Shown here in pieces: positions 25,811 through 38,454 of a stretch of 64,000 nucleotides of DNA. The stretch is from the NCBI RefSeq assembly GCF_036588685.1, contig NC_086375.1:47306001-47370000 (forward strand), given 5' to 3'. The notes below the pieces were generated by a model, which saw nothing but the letters and a program-made list of their open reading frames with translations, had not been told where the DNA came from and made no database searches. The position numbers and the translations under genes were made by a program. Position 1 is the first letter of the stretch. Each line of letters opens with the position of its first letter. This stretch comes from Mytilus trossulus. Lineage: Eukaryota.

Positions 25811-27220
25811 TACGGGGCGCCGAATGGGACTCTTGTGGTTTTGTACAAAATTCAATTCTGTCATAACAAAATCATTTTTGTCTTACAAAACTATGTGCTA
25901 CATACTTGTTTTGTGAGAACTTCTTCAATTTTGTGATGACAAAATTCATTTGTGTAGACAAAATTCATTTTTGTCATGACAAAATTCATTTTTGTAGACA
26001 AAATTCATATTTGTCATGACAAAAGTCAATTTTGTCTAAAAGGTATGCAAATATAAACATATTTTGCATACAAAATTGACTTTTGTTACCTGATATGGAA
26101 ATTAAATCACAAAAGTCAATTGTGTGAGGTAAGATTCAAGTTTGTGAGACAAAATTGACTTTATTGAAACAAAATTAACTTTTGTGAGACAAATTTAACT
26201 TTTGTGAGACAAAATTGACTTTGGTGAGACAAAATTGACTTTTGTGAGACAAAATTCAATTATGTCAATTTTGTTGAGACAAAAGTCCATTTTGTTAATT
26301 TTGTTGAGACAAAAGTCAATTTTGTCAATTTTGTTGAGACAAAAGTCAATTTTGTTAATTTTGTTGAGACAAAAGTCAATTTGTCAATTTTGTTGAGACA
26401 AAAGTCAATTTTGTCAATTTTGTTGAGACAAAAGTCACTTTTGTGACGACAAAATTCATTTTTGTGACGACAAAATTCAATTATGTCAATTTTGTTGAGA
26501 CAAAAGTCCATTTTGTTAATTTTGTTGAGACAAAAATCAATTTTGTGGAGACAAAATTCAATTTTGTCAATTTTGTTGAGACAAAATGCAATTTTGTCAA
26601 TTTTGTTGAGACAAAATTCAATGAGACAAAATTCAATTTTGTCAATTTTGTTAAGACAAAATTCAATTTTGTCAATTTTGTCGAGACAAAAGTCAATTTT
26701 GTCTCACATTTGTCAATTTTGTCTCACAAAAGTCAATTTTGTCAATTTTGTTGATCACATTGGTCAATTTTGTTGATCACATTGGTCAATTTTGTCTCAC
26801 AAAAGTCAATTTTGTCAATTTTGTTGAGACAGAAGTCAATTTTGTCAATTTTGTTGAGACAAAAGTCAATTTTGTCAATTTTGTCTCACAAAACTCAATT
26901 TTGTGTAACAAAAGTCGATTTTGTATGCAAATTAGTTCACAGAAACCAAACTAAACTAATTTGAATACAAAATTTACTTTTGTCGCCCAATTTTCAAATT
27001 AGGTAACAAAAGTCAAGTCTGTGTAACAAAAATGAATTTTGTCATGACAAAAGTGACTTTCGTCCGATGATAGATAATTTTGTATGACAAAATTTTAAAT
27101 TTGTAGTATGATACAAATTTTGTTAAACTGAACTCATTTTTGTTGAACAAAAGTCACTTTTGTCCGTACAAAATTGAATTTTGAGTACAAAACCACAAGA
27201 GTCCCATTCGGCGCCCCGTA
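25811..27220. mobile_element. Foldback-like non-autonomous DNA element (1410 bp) with internal tandem repeats
   Basis: Perfect 36-bp TIR TACGGGGCGCCGAATGGGACTCTTGTGGTTTTGTAC. 5-bp duplication CTCAA (25806-25810, 27221-27225). Interior built from ~21- and ~31-bp units of TTTTGTTGAGACAAAAGTCAATTTTGTCAA. Confidence 0.88.
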
Positions 27221-27276
27221 CTCAATGCTCTTCAACTTCGTACTTTATTTGGCATTTTAAACTTTTTTGTATTCGA

Positions 27277-27320
27277 GCGTCAGTGATTAGTCCTTTGTAG
27301 ACGAAACGCGCGTCTGATCC
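27277..27320 (+). ncRNA. Degenerate hammerhead ribozyme in a retrozyme-like monomer (about 25690-25810 plus 27221-27360, interrupted by the foldback element)
   Basis: GCGTCA-GTGATTA-GTCCTTTGTAGAC-GAAA-CGCGCGTC-TGATCC. The core CUGAUGA is mutated at two positions and the 3' strand of stem I is damaged. Confidence 0.7.
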
Positions 27321-28314
27321 AAATGCAAAATTTCATTCCTGGTATCTATGAAGAGTTTATTGATGTATTTTTAATACTTAATTCAACCAAATGTGTTAAA
27401 AATTTTCAGCAACAAAACCAAAACGGAGGTCTGTATTAAACATATTGAAAGCTATATTGTTATTGTTAATTTTGTATTATACATTAATGTCAAACCCTGA
27501 CTACATTCCTTCCATATTTTATATACTAAAAAGTACTAGTACTAAAATGGAACTAAACCACATTTTATATGTTATGTCATGATTAAAAATATCATAAATG
27601 TGACAACATAAACATTTATTATTACAGTGGGAACATAAGTGTTTTGTGTCGATGCATCTTCAAGTGGTATAGATATTGTTAAAATATATTATGAATGTGA
27701 TATTAAATAAGTGTTACAGAGTATCATATGTATCGGACATAAGTCTTTTATCGTGGATATTCTTATTTTAAATAAGAAATCCGTGTCAGAATGAACTATA
27801 GCTTGATCCATCAGTTTCCCAAGTTAATCAAATCCACACGCCTACAATTTGGATGAGATATTGATCGTCCTTTGTCTTGATAGTGTCTTTGTTAAGTTTT
27901 CAGTTCAGATAGCCGCCACTTGACATTTTTCCAACATCTTCTCGGTGAATAAGAACTTAGTTTGTATCCGGACTTTTTATAACACTTCCGACATAAAACT
28001 TGTATAAAGTTAGTGGGATATATGTTGAAGTGACTTTGAATATAAACCGTTGTGAGACAAAACAAGCTTGCTGTTCTTAATATCTGTATAATATACGTAA
28101 CATACATTTTTATATGTTAGGACATATGCAATACTTGTGAGTCACTTTATCTAGTCTCGTTGCAAAATTAATAATAGTTATTTATCTTAATGAAACCTTG
28201 TGAGGCGTGACCGGAAAAAGTCGATCGTAACGTCATTCCAGTTATAGTTGTACTATAATTAACTGTCTTAAACAGATAGATATACAATTCAAAAATGGAG
28301 ATTTAAAACTAAAT

Positions 28315-31300
28315 ATGATGACGAAGAAAGGACCGAAAGAAGTGAAATGTGTATTAGTCGGAGATGGAGGGGTCGGGAAAACTAGTATGATTCTAAGTTA
28401 TACCACAGGAAAAATTATGACTTCATATGAACCAACATGCTTTGACGATTATTTAGGTAAGTTTAAAATATTTTTTGAAATATTTCCGGTAAAATTATAT
28501 ACAATTGGAATGAAAAACAACATATTTTTTTTTATTGAAAGAACGACGACATTTGAAATGTAATAGTTATTGTAATATGTTGTATTCTTCTTTTTTATTA
28601 TTTGCCTTTAATGCTTTTCTTTATGCCTAAACGCTTCTTTTAATTGAGACTTATTCCACAAATTTTCATCAAGATGATATTCGCCATGAGAATTAATAGC
28701 TATCTAATGTCCAATTCAATCAGGAAAAAGAACTATCCAATCGATCGCGAATTCTTTATGATATGAGAAAACTAACAATATAAAGGATACTTAAGTTTTC
28801 CAAGAAACAAAGCCGTCAGAACTAAAAATAACATTAGAATCGATTGTTTAGACAGAACAATACAAAAATATAAAGGATTAGCTAAGTTATGTATTTAAAG
28901 TACTAAAAGTCATTTATGACGTGTACTTGACATGTCGAAGTAAAACTTATGTATAATTTGTGTGACAGTGTCCCCTTTTATAAATAGGACCTCCTGGAGG
29001 CTTACCGTGTATTTCCTTACATCAGCATCCGCCGGATTACATGATGAAAATCCACTAGGAGTAACTCGCGACATATTGATACTTTAACAAAATGTTACAT
29101 TTCGGTGGTCATTTGTTACAAATATATCAAAAATTGAGATTAACGACCTAAGATTTCAACTCCAAGTCTTTATTAAATCTTATTGGTTGAGCACATGGAT
29201 TCCGTATTTTTTTTTTGGCAGCAGTCTTTAATAAGAAAAAATAAAGTTAGGAATATCTCAAGTTTATGAGTATCAGGAATCTTTGGTTTATGAGTGTCTG
29301 GTTAGGAATAATAGGTTTATGAGTATCTGCTCAGGAATTTTAGGTTTATAAGTATCTGATCAGGAATATTAGGTTTACAAGTATCTGGTCAGAAATCTTA
29401 GGTTTATAAGTATCTGATCAGGAATATAAGGTTAATAGGTATCTGGTCAGAAATCTTAGGTTTATAAGTATCTGATCAGGAATATAAGGTTTATAGTTAT
29501 CTGGTCAGAAATCTTAGGTTAAAGAGAATCTGATCAGGAATCTTAGGTTAATGAAAATCTGATCAGGAATCTTTGGTCCGAAATCTTAGGTTTCTGAGCA
29601 TCTGGTCAGAAATCTTTGGTTTATAAAAATCTAATCCAAAATCTTAGGTTTTGAGTATCTGGTCCAAAATCTTAGGTTTATGAGCATCTGGTCAGAAATC
29701 TTTGGTTTAAGAGTATTTGATCCGAAATCTTAGGTTTTTGAGTGTCTTGTCCGAAATCTTAGGTTTATGAGTATCTGATCCGAAATCTTAGGTTTAAGAG
29801 TATCTGGTCAGAAATCTAAGGTTTTCGAGTATCGGGTCAGCAATCTTAGGTTGATGAGTATCTAGTCTGGAATCATAGTTTTTTTAAGAACATGTATTTG
29901 GTCAGGAATCTTTGGTTTATGAGTATCTGGTTAGAAATCATTGGTTCATGAGTATCTGGCCAGGAATAATAGGTTTATGAGAATCTGGTCAGGAATCTTG
30001 GGTTTATAAGTAGGTTTATAGCTCCATGTATCTGGTCAGAAATCTGAGGTTTATTAGTTTCTGGTCAGAAAACTTAGGTTTATAAGTTAAAGCATCAGGT
30101 CAAAACTGGAAAATTGAGTTCATCCCTTTTGTTATCGACTACTTCCCTCAAAATTTGGTAAGAAGCATATGATATTGTGGTATGCTTTATTTCAAAAGAA
30201 TTAGTGAGAAAAATAATGAGCATAAATAATTATTAAATTAAAATAACACCATGTATTCGAGGTAAAAATCATTATTTTACCTCTATAATGTTCTTTTATC
30301 AAATGCTTTATATGGTTCTATGTTTGACTTTTCTTTAAAAGCATCTGTTTTTTTCTGTATCATACGGATAAAGGGAAAAAATAAATAAACGAGCAATACC
30401 TAAAATGTATACGTATACTAGTATATATGTTGTGTACAAGATGTACAGGGCTTTTGTACAAGTAATAAGATTTTGCATTAGGTGATACAGGTTTATATTA
30501 AAAGTACCATTTTAATGTTTTAAATTCAAGTTGAAATACTTCAACCTAACATTTAGTGCCATTTTCTCAAACTAGAAATGCGGATTACCTGAATGGTTTA
30601 AATTCGATTTTCTTCTCGTTAAACCATATTCATGTCCATAAAAGTCTTTATAATGCTTTTGGTATCAATGCTCAGTATTAGACTGTACCATGTAGTAGAA
30701 AATGTAACAGACATGTGTGAAACAAAAGACTGTGTGCTTGCATCATCCATTTGTGTTAAGCAGTTCATAAATCACTAATAACTTGCTAAATATAATTTGT
30801 ACAACATGATAACTTGTACACAATATATATAAACCGAAGAGGCATGAATGACAATGAAACAACTTAAACTAATCACCTACACTCAATTAAATATTATTAG
30901 TGTAAATAAAGATTGGTTAATTGCTTTCAAAATGTCCAGTTCCATTTGTGACGGGACATTTGGAATACATGTCGTAAAGAATCTGATAGTTTTTCTCGCA
31001 ACATCTCACGAATGTAGCAAGTGAATCATGGTGAATGCTTGTCCTATTACTTCGTGATGTGACTGCGTATTTATACATCCCGCAAATGTCCCCCATACAA
31101 TACGTGCTGCTGATTTTATTTTTTCTAGGTAATGATCTTTTGGTTCCTTACAAAAGAAAAAGGCTACATATTTAACTATATATAAAACAACAAACAGTAC
31201 TGTTATATCAGTACTTCGTGTCTTTTTGTTGTTGGGATATACAAGTACCCAGCCACGTCCACTCTTTATGTTGTGAGTTGTATTTCTATTTGTATCCATC

Positions 31301-34002
31301 GGAAGAGTTAATTCTTTTTCAAATGATTTTTATTGCTTGTTCTTATGTTGTACTGGTACAAAACTCTCTCAGGTTAGGGGAGGGCTGGAATCCCGCTAAC
31401 ATGTTTAACCCGGGCACTTTCTATGTGTATGTGCCTGTCCCAAGTTAGGGGCCTGTAATTTAGTGGTTGTCGTTTGTTAATGTGTTTGTTTTTCTTTCAT
31501 TTTTTTTTGTACAGAAATGAGGGCGTTAGTTTTCTCGTTTGAATTGTTTTACATTTGTCATTTCTGCTGACTATGTAAAATGGGTTTTGCTCATTGTTGA
31601 AGGCCGTACGGTGACCAAAAATTGTTAATTTCTGTGTCATTGTGTCTCTTGTGGAGAGTTGTCTCATTGGCAATCATACCACATCTCCTTTTTTTAAACT
31701 TTTCCTACGAAAAGGGGGAGGAGGGCCCCCTGGATCCGCCTATGTTAACCTACAAAGGGCACATGGAAATTTACATTTAGTAATGCGGTAGTAATAGGTA
31801 TTGAATACCTGACATCGTGTGGATACTTTCTAAGAAGAGATACTCCAAAAACCAAACATACAAGGAAGCAATTTGTAAATGATTAAATAATCTGATTTCA
31901 TCGAAGACCAAATAATACAGATTATGTGGGGTTTGAAATGTGGTCGATGAGCTACATGTATACCCAAAAGATGCAATGTGATTTAATACAGACAAATAGC
32001 AAAAATTGTCACAAACTTTTCATCTTAATAAAGGTTAAAGATCTTATCTAAATAAAAAATCTATTACACCATAATATTACCCCGGAGGGAACCTGCACTA
32101 TTAATCTTAATAGAACAATATTTTTTTGTGTGTTTTTAGTGAAAAGAGAAAATAAATCTTAAAATATTTATTGTCTGGTAAACTGATCTGTTCCTGACTT
32201 GTAAAATGATAGCAATCCTACCCGGTTAAAAAGGATCTTTTTAAAATAAATAGTTTGTAAATGACAGGCACATGTAAACAGTAGCATTCCTTTCATTTAT
32301 AACGTGTCAAATTATAAGGTGCACTTCAAGTAAAAGACCAGGTAATATACATATACATAAATTCATACACACTCCCACAGTAAAAATGAAATTGACCCTT
32401 TGACTTGACTTGAATGAAAATGCTTCAAATTCAGATATTGCTTTAGTTAAACTCTACTTTTACATCTTATATGCATGAATGGGAAGAAATTATGAAGTCT
32501 TTTCAAATTATTACGTAAACAATGAGAGGTGAATCATTCTTTGCATTAAGTGATATAATTTAACTTATAAATGATTTAAAATGCACCCTATTTGGAATTC
32601 GTATTACACAAGGAAGGACAAGGTTAAATAAATTCGACCTCTACGGTTTTGAGTGTTTCACAATCGGGTGCATTATATTTGTTTATATAATCATTGTATT
32701 ATGATGTTTTTGTATTTTGCCTGACAAGGACCCATGATTGGAAAAATAAAATAATGTCTAATGTCTAATGTCTATTTGTGTGCATTAACCCCATAGTAAT
32801 TACAGAATTTTATCTTTGATTTAACCATCTGAACTACAGTCTTCAGCAACATTGTAAAACACACAGGCACTTGTCTCAGCCGTTGTCTTTTTTTCTGAGA
32901 CAAGTGCCTGTGGTAAAACACCCTTATCAAGTGTTTATTTACTATTTTTGTTGATGTATACACATAGATATTATTGATATGTACAGGATTCAATACTTGA
33001 TAATTTTATATTTTAGTAAACATTCACACTCACAATGGACAAGAAAAAATGCAGGTCTCAGATACAGCAGGCCAAGTAAGTAGTGGATAAAATAACATTT
33101 TCAAACCAAAGTACTTCAGAAATGTGTCATATGAAGACCTACAACGGATTGACTGCAGAACACCAAAAAAAGGAAAAGAAAAAAAAGAGACTCCATCCTT
33201 CTACACAGCGATTCCTTTGATTAACATTGCTCATTCAGTTCTGTTGATACTTCTCATTGAAAACTAGGGAATTCAAACCATTACAATTGCTACTGAAATA
33301 AGGGAAAATAAAGCAAGAGACACAAAGAAAAGAGAACGCCAATATAAAAAAATGAACATATATATCCAAAGAAACACAACATTTTACATCTTGTAAGTTC
33401 CAAATCAAGAAATATAAATTTGAACATAAAAAACTCAATTATGAGCATTATGATATTAATGAACAGTTATTTTTTCTTATTTCCTTATAAACAAGCCTGT
33501 AGCAAATTGAAGTAGGTGATTCACATTAGCTGCAATGATTGTGATCAGTGAACAGTAAACAGGAAATGTTTTAAAGATGATTTTGTTGTTTTTCCAGGAA
33601 ACGTACGACCGACTACGGACATTATCGTATTATGACACGGATGTATTTATCGTCTGCTTTTCTGTGGAGGATAAAGACTCATTAGAAAATGTCAAAACAA
33701 AATGGATTCCAGAGATTAAAGAATTCCGACCCAATACCCCATTTATTCTCGTAGGGACACAAACTGATTTACGTGGTTCAGTGACAGATATCACAGACGC
33801 TTGTATTAAAACTACAAAAGGAAAGAAACTAGCTAAGAAATTTGGTGCTGTAGACTATTTAGAATGTAGTGCACTAGAATTAAATGGAATGGACGAAATA
33901 TTTAGTGTTGCATATCATGCTGCAGTAACTCCTAAAAAGAAACGACGGGTATGGAAGAGTCTCAAAAGTGCTTTCAAACGAAAATCTGTTGCAGAAAAAT
34001 GA
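28315..34002 (+). CDS. Rho-family small GTPase, Cdc42/RhoU/V-like, lacking CAAX, 201 aa; exons 28315-28456, 33017-33075, 33598-34002
   Basis: GT-AG junctions in frame (606 nt). [13 protein letters not shown] (G1), YEPTCFDDY (switch I), [16 protein letters not shown] (G3/switch II), GTQTDLR (G4), YLECSAL (G5). Confidence 0.9.
29260..30090. repeat. 29-bp minisatellite (about 28 copies) in intron 1 of the first Rho gene
   Basis: Unit is approximately GTATCTGGTCAGAAATCTTAGGTTTATAA, for example starting at 29381 and 29410. Confidence 0.9.
31150..31695 (-). repeat. Long copy of interspersed repeat family A
   Basis: Ends ...GAGAGTTGTCTCATTGGCAATCATACCACATCT, the reverse complement of the head at 39053 and 51218. 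Confidence 0.75.
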
Positions 34003-35768
34003 ATTCACTATGTACCTCATCAAAACTAAAATCCATATTTATTATGTCTGTCTTAGCAAGGAGGTTACATTAACCTCCTTTGTCTTAGTGATTGCTGATC
34101 TTGACGAATGCTCTTATACTAGATTACTTCGCCGTCCATTGGCTTGCATGTGGTGGTGATTTTGATAGTGTAAATTGTGTGACAAACACTTTGAGTGTGT
34201 TAACTTTGTGTCCGATGTGTTCACGTCTCTAAGGGCAAATGCATAATAATAAATCAATCAAATAATCCTTTTACTAGAATTCTTTTTTAAAAATCGTTTG
34301 TTGACCCCTTGATGTTGTTTTATTGCTTTTTTCCCCTTGTCGTTCGAGTGATGCCACATAGTCCTATACCCTACATCGCTTTTCAATCATATTTACATTA
34401 AAACTGTGAGTGAATCAGTGAAAACATTTAACAGCTGTTACACTTTATAAATTAAAATCGTCCGAACGCTCAAAGCCGAATATTTGAAAGCCAATGGTGT
34501 ATTAGAACCGAGACAGTTGTAGGGCTTTATGAACAAAAACAGTGAATGTCTTTATGTGTGTGATTGTGTGCTTGACCTGAAATACGCTAACGAAAATGTG
34601 TTTGACATTGTTCTTCAAGTAAATAACAGAGTAGATACATACAGTAACAACGGACTACATCCGCTGTTTTTATTCTATTCTTTTTGTCTCCTTTAGCGTC
34701 TCGTTGGCTGCCATACCACATCTCCATATTTTATAGAGAAACTGGTAAAAGTCAACTTCGACCAACATTGCCGGAGAACGAATGAATAATTGTAAAATCA
34801 TTTGTTAAAAAAGTAAACTGACAACGCCATCGCCAAAAAAGAAAGAAAAAAGACAAAGAGGCAAACAAAAGTATATAAAACACAACAGAAGTGAGCGATT
34901 GGTAGTAATATAAAGAAATCCAAAATGCCTATTGTTTGGTAGCAAAGGAAATTACATATAAAATATTTTTGTAATGAACGAACTTAACTTTTGTCAAATG
35001 GAATGTAACCTTAATGATAACTTTTTACAGGATTTAGGCAATAACATGTGTTTTATTAATTATCATCTTTAAGCAATGGTCAGATGAATAAGAAAGAAAA
35101 GCTTATGGACAATTATTATACATTGCATGTTATATTTTCTTATCCATTTGATCATAAAAGCCGATGTACTTTTACTATTAAACAGCAATTTATCCTAAAT
35201 TGGTCTGTGAACTTGTAAATGGCTGCAACATTTAGTATGTCTACGCCCCTGCATTGTAATTCACTTACAACTAATAAATTGTACTTTAAATATAACTTAG
35301 ATCCAAGGATATTCGTATATGAAAACATCAATTGTTTTAAGCTTGTCATTTATGTTTGACGTCGTTAATGACATTTGGACTAAGTAGCCAATTGCGGTCT
35401 TTATTTGATTCTATTTGACAACACTACAAATACTTAATAGGATTTACAAATTATTTCATTTCCCATGTTAAAAGCATACATATTCAGTTATTACCATCCC
35501 TAAATTTTGCAGTTATGAGACAAAAATGTTTATCGTAACACGTTTTGAAGTGAAATATTAGAATAAGGTAATGTAATATGATTTCCAATGAACAAACCTG
35601 TAGTCCTATGTGACCTAGGGGTCATTATTTACTATTTCTATTTACTGTTCTGTAATTTTTTTTTACTATCAATGTGCCACCTGAGCATTAAAAAAAAAAT
35701 AAAAATGAAAATATCAGTATAAAAAGTTAAAAATTTAATAAAAAAATAATATTCGCTTCTCAGTCTAC

Positions 35769-35931
35769 TGGCAAAACTTTTAGTAATTTTGGTCCTCAAT
35801 GCTCTTCAACTTCGTACTTTATTTGGCCTTTTTAACTTTTTTTGATTCGAGCGTCACTGATGAGTCTTTTGTAGACGAAACGCGCGTCTGGCGTATATCA
35901 AAAAATTAGTCCTGGTATCTATGACGAGTTT
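35769..35931 (+). mobile_element. Partial solo retrozyme-like monomer
   Basis: Reverse complement of 43245-43415 at high identity; contains an intact hammerhead. Confidence 0.8.
35851..35894 (+). ncRNA. Type I hammerhead ribozyme (intact core); predicted cleavage after C35888
   Basis: GCGUCA-CUGAUGA-GUCU(UUUGU)AGAC-GAA-ACGCGCGU-C/UGGCGU. Stem I has 6 bp (two G-U), stem II has 4 bp, stem III is palindromic, and the cleavage triplet is GUC. Confidence 0.88.
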
Positions 35932-36663
35932 ATCTACTATGTTTTCATCGGGCACATATTGCTCCTCATTGAAAATGTGTGATACATTGACTGCTTGTGG
36001 TTCTCTTTAATATTTAGGTTACGAACCTTAATTGGTGGTACCTGTAGAAAACTGATTTCAAAGGGATAGCACATCCTTATATTTGTTTTTTACCAAGCCC
36101 GAATATTTGGAAACAATGACGTCTTTACCCTTAAACTATTGGATGTTGCATATGTACTTATTAACATGTTGTTGGCTTTGTGCTTGCTGTCAGTAACTGC
36201 GAGTACTCTCAGATCTATACTTAATGTCTTATTATTGTGGGAATGTATAAGTACACTGCCACGTCGACTCTGTATTTTTTGGTAGATGTATTCCTGTTTG
36301 AATCCATCTGATGATTTAAGTCCCTTTCAAACGATTTTCATACTTTGCTCCACTGTTCCAGTTTATGAGAGGGTTGGGCTCTCGCCACCTTTAAAAAACC
36401 CCCACTTGGTACGATTAGGAATAAAAGTTGTTAGATCATAAAATAATAACCAATGACATAAACAAGATATATATATTAGAGCACCTGAATTTGATCCGAT
36501 TTTTAAAAAGTTCCTGTTGCTCAAATTTTACTTTTCTTATAATGTTGATGGACTGTTTTTTTTAATTTTTTTTGACATTGTTATCAATGTTCTGTTTTCT
36601 CTCCTTCGTCGAATTATGAATTTGATTGCCTTTGCTATTTCATTTTGTAACCATGTATGAAAT

Positions 36664-38101
36664 GTACCAACTAATTGATGGGGAACTTTTTATCCAAAGA
36701 ATACTCCTGACAAATTATATTTCTTTCCGTCTTGTTAATCGTATTTGTTGTAATAACGTTTTGAATACCTTAGAGTAAATATGTTGTGAAAACTACTTAT
36801 TGAAAGTGCCTAGCGGCTTCTAAGAAAGAGAAACACAGGATCAATAGATATAAATTATTTAAATATTTAAAGAAGTTTTCTATATCTATGTCTCAATACA
36901 AAACACAAGAGAGAGATATTATATCTTTTGTATAGCAAAGTTTAAATCAGACACCATGTTTAATTTTTACGACACACGCTCATAACACCAATATGAACAT
37001 ACATGTACTAGTATCAAAGATAAAAACCTTCTCGGTCGAAGACAAACCATTACACCATGAAAAAAAACCCCACTTCATTAACTAGATACTTCCTAATTTG
37101 TACCCTTCTAATACCAAGGGATTCTCAGCTGCTGTGGAAGGGTAGACAGATCCTGCTCAACATGTGGCATTCATCGCGTTGCTCATGGCGAGCATACGTT
37201 TGGAGAAACACATTATATGTTGGCTATGTTGGTGTCACAATCGAAAGAAAGAGGACCGGACTGTATGGCTACGACAACTGGAACATATCGGTGGTCACCT
37301 TTGACGATTATTCCACGTGAAAGACTGCGATATTTTACATCATCGCTCAAATGTAGATTGCGAAAATAGCATTACAACATAAGTACCAACTAATTGATGG
37401 GGAACTTTTTATCCAAAGAATACTCCTGACAAATTATATTTCTTTCCGTCTTGTTAATCGTATTTGTTGTAATAACGTTTTGAATACCTTAGAGTAAATA
37501 TGTTGTGAAAACTACTTATTGAAAGTGCCTAGCGGCTTCTAAGAAAGAGAAACACAGGATCAATAGATATAAATTATTTAAATATTTAAAGAAGTTTTCT
37601 ATATCTATGTCTCAATACAAAACACAAGAGAGAGATATTATATCTTTTGTATAGCAAAGTTTAAATCAGACACCATGTTTAATTTTTACGACACACGCTC
37701 ACAACACCAATATGAACATACATGTACTAGTATCAAAGATAAAAACCTTCTCGGTCGAAGACAAACCATTACACCATGAAAAAAACCCCCACTTCATTAA
37801 CTAGATACTTCGTAATTTGTACCCTTCTAATACCAAGGGATTCTCAGCTGCTGTGGAAGGGTAGACAGATCCTGCTCAACATGTGGCATTCATCGCGTTG
37901 CTCATGGCGAGCATACGTTTGGAGAAACACATTATTTGTTGGCTATGTTGGTGTCACAATCGAAAGAAAGAGGACCGGATTGTATGGCTACGACAACTGG
38001 AACATATCGGTGGTCACCTTTGACGATTATTCCACGTGAAAGACTGCGATATTTTACATCATCGCTCAAATGTAGATTGCGAAAATAGCATTACAACATA
38101 A
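36664..38101. repeat. Near-perfect 719-bp tandem duplication (36664-37382 and 37383-38101)
   Basis: Identical text at offset 719, including twin ORFs at 37057 and 37776. About 5 substitutions seen by eye. Confidence 0.95.
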
Positions 38102-38454
38102 CTGTTAAAGAATTAAAAAAAAAAACACTATAGAAGATAGGCATATACAAAATAATAATAAGAAAAACACACACACATACACACTCAAAACCTCAAACCA
38201 ATCATTTCTCAAAATAGATCGGGATCAAATAGAACTGATTAAAACAAACTGTATCACGCAAACACGTCCTACAATAAAGAAACGAATAAAATAATTAAAA
38301 CGCGATTATTAGGATATAAATATTCGATGGAATTGTATATATATAGCAAGGTTAATTTCAACTACCCAAACTCAAACTGATGTTGCATATTTAACGTCAA
38401 GAAATGTAAATTTAATAAATTCAGAAGATAAAAATCCGAAATTTGTTAAATAAT

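Noticed and set aside
26260-26964. Overlapping repetitive ORFs (FVNFVETK / LTKLTFVST) and a CRISPR-like look
   Set aside because: These are translations of the foldback element's tandem units. There are no unique spacers, no cas genes, and the context is eukaryotic.
37057-38039. Twin 87-aa ORFs
   Set aside because: They arise from the 719-bp duplication and overlap a reverse-oriented family-C repeat fragment; no protein features.
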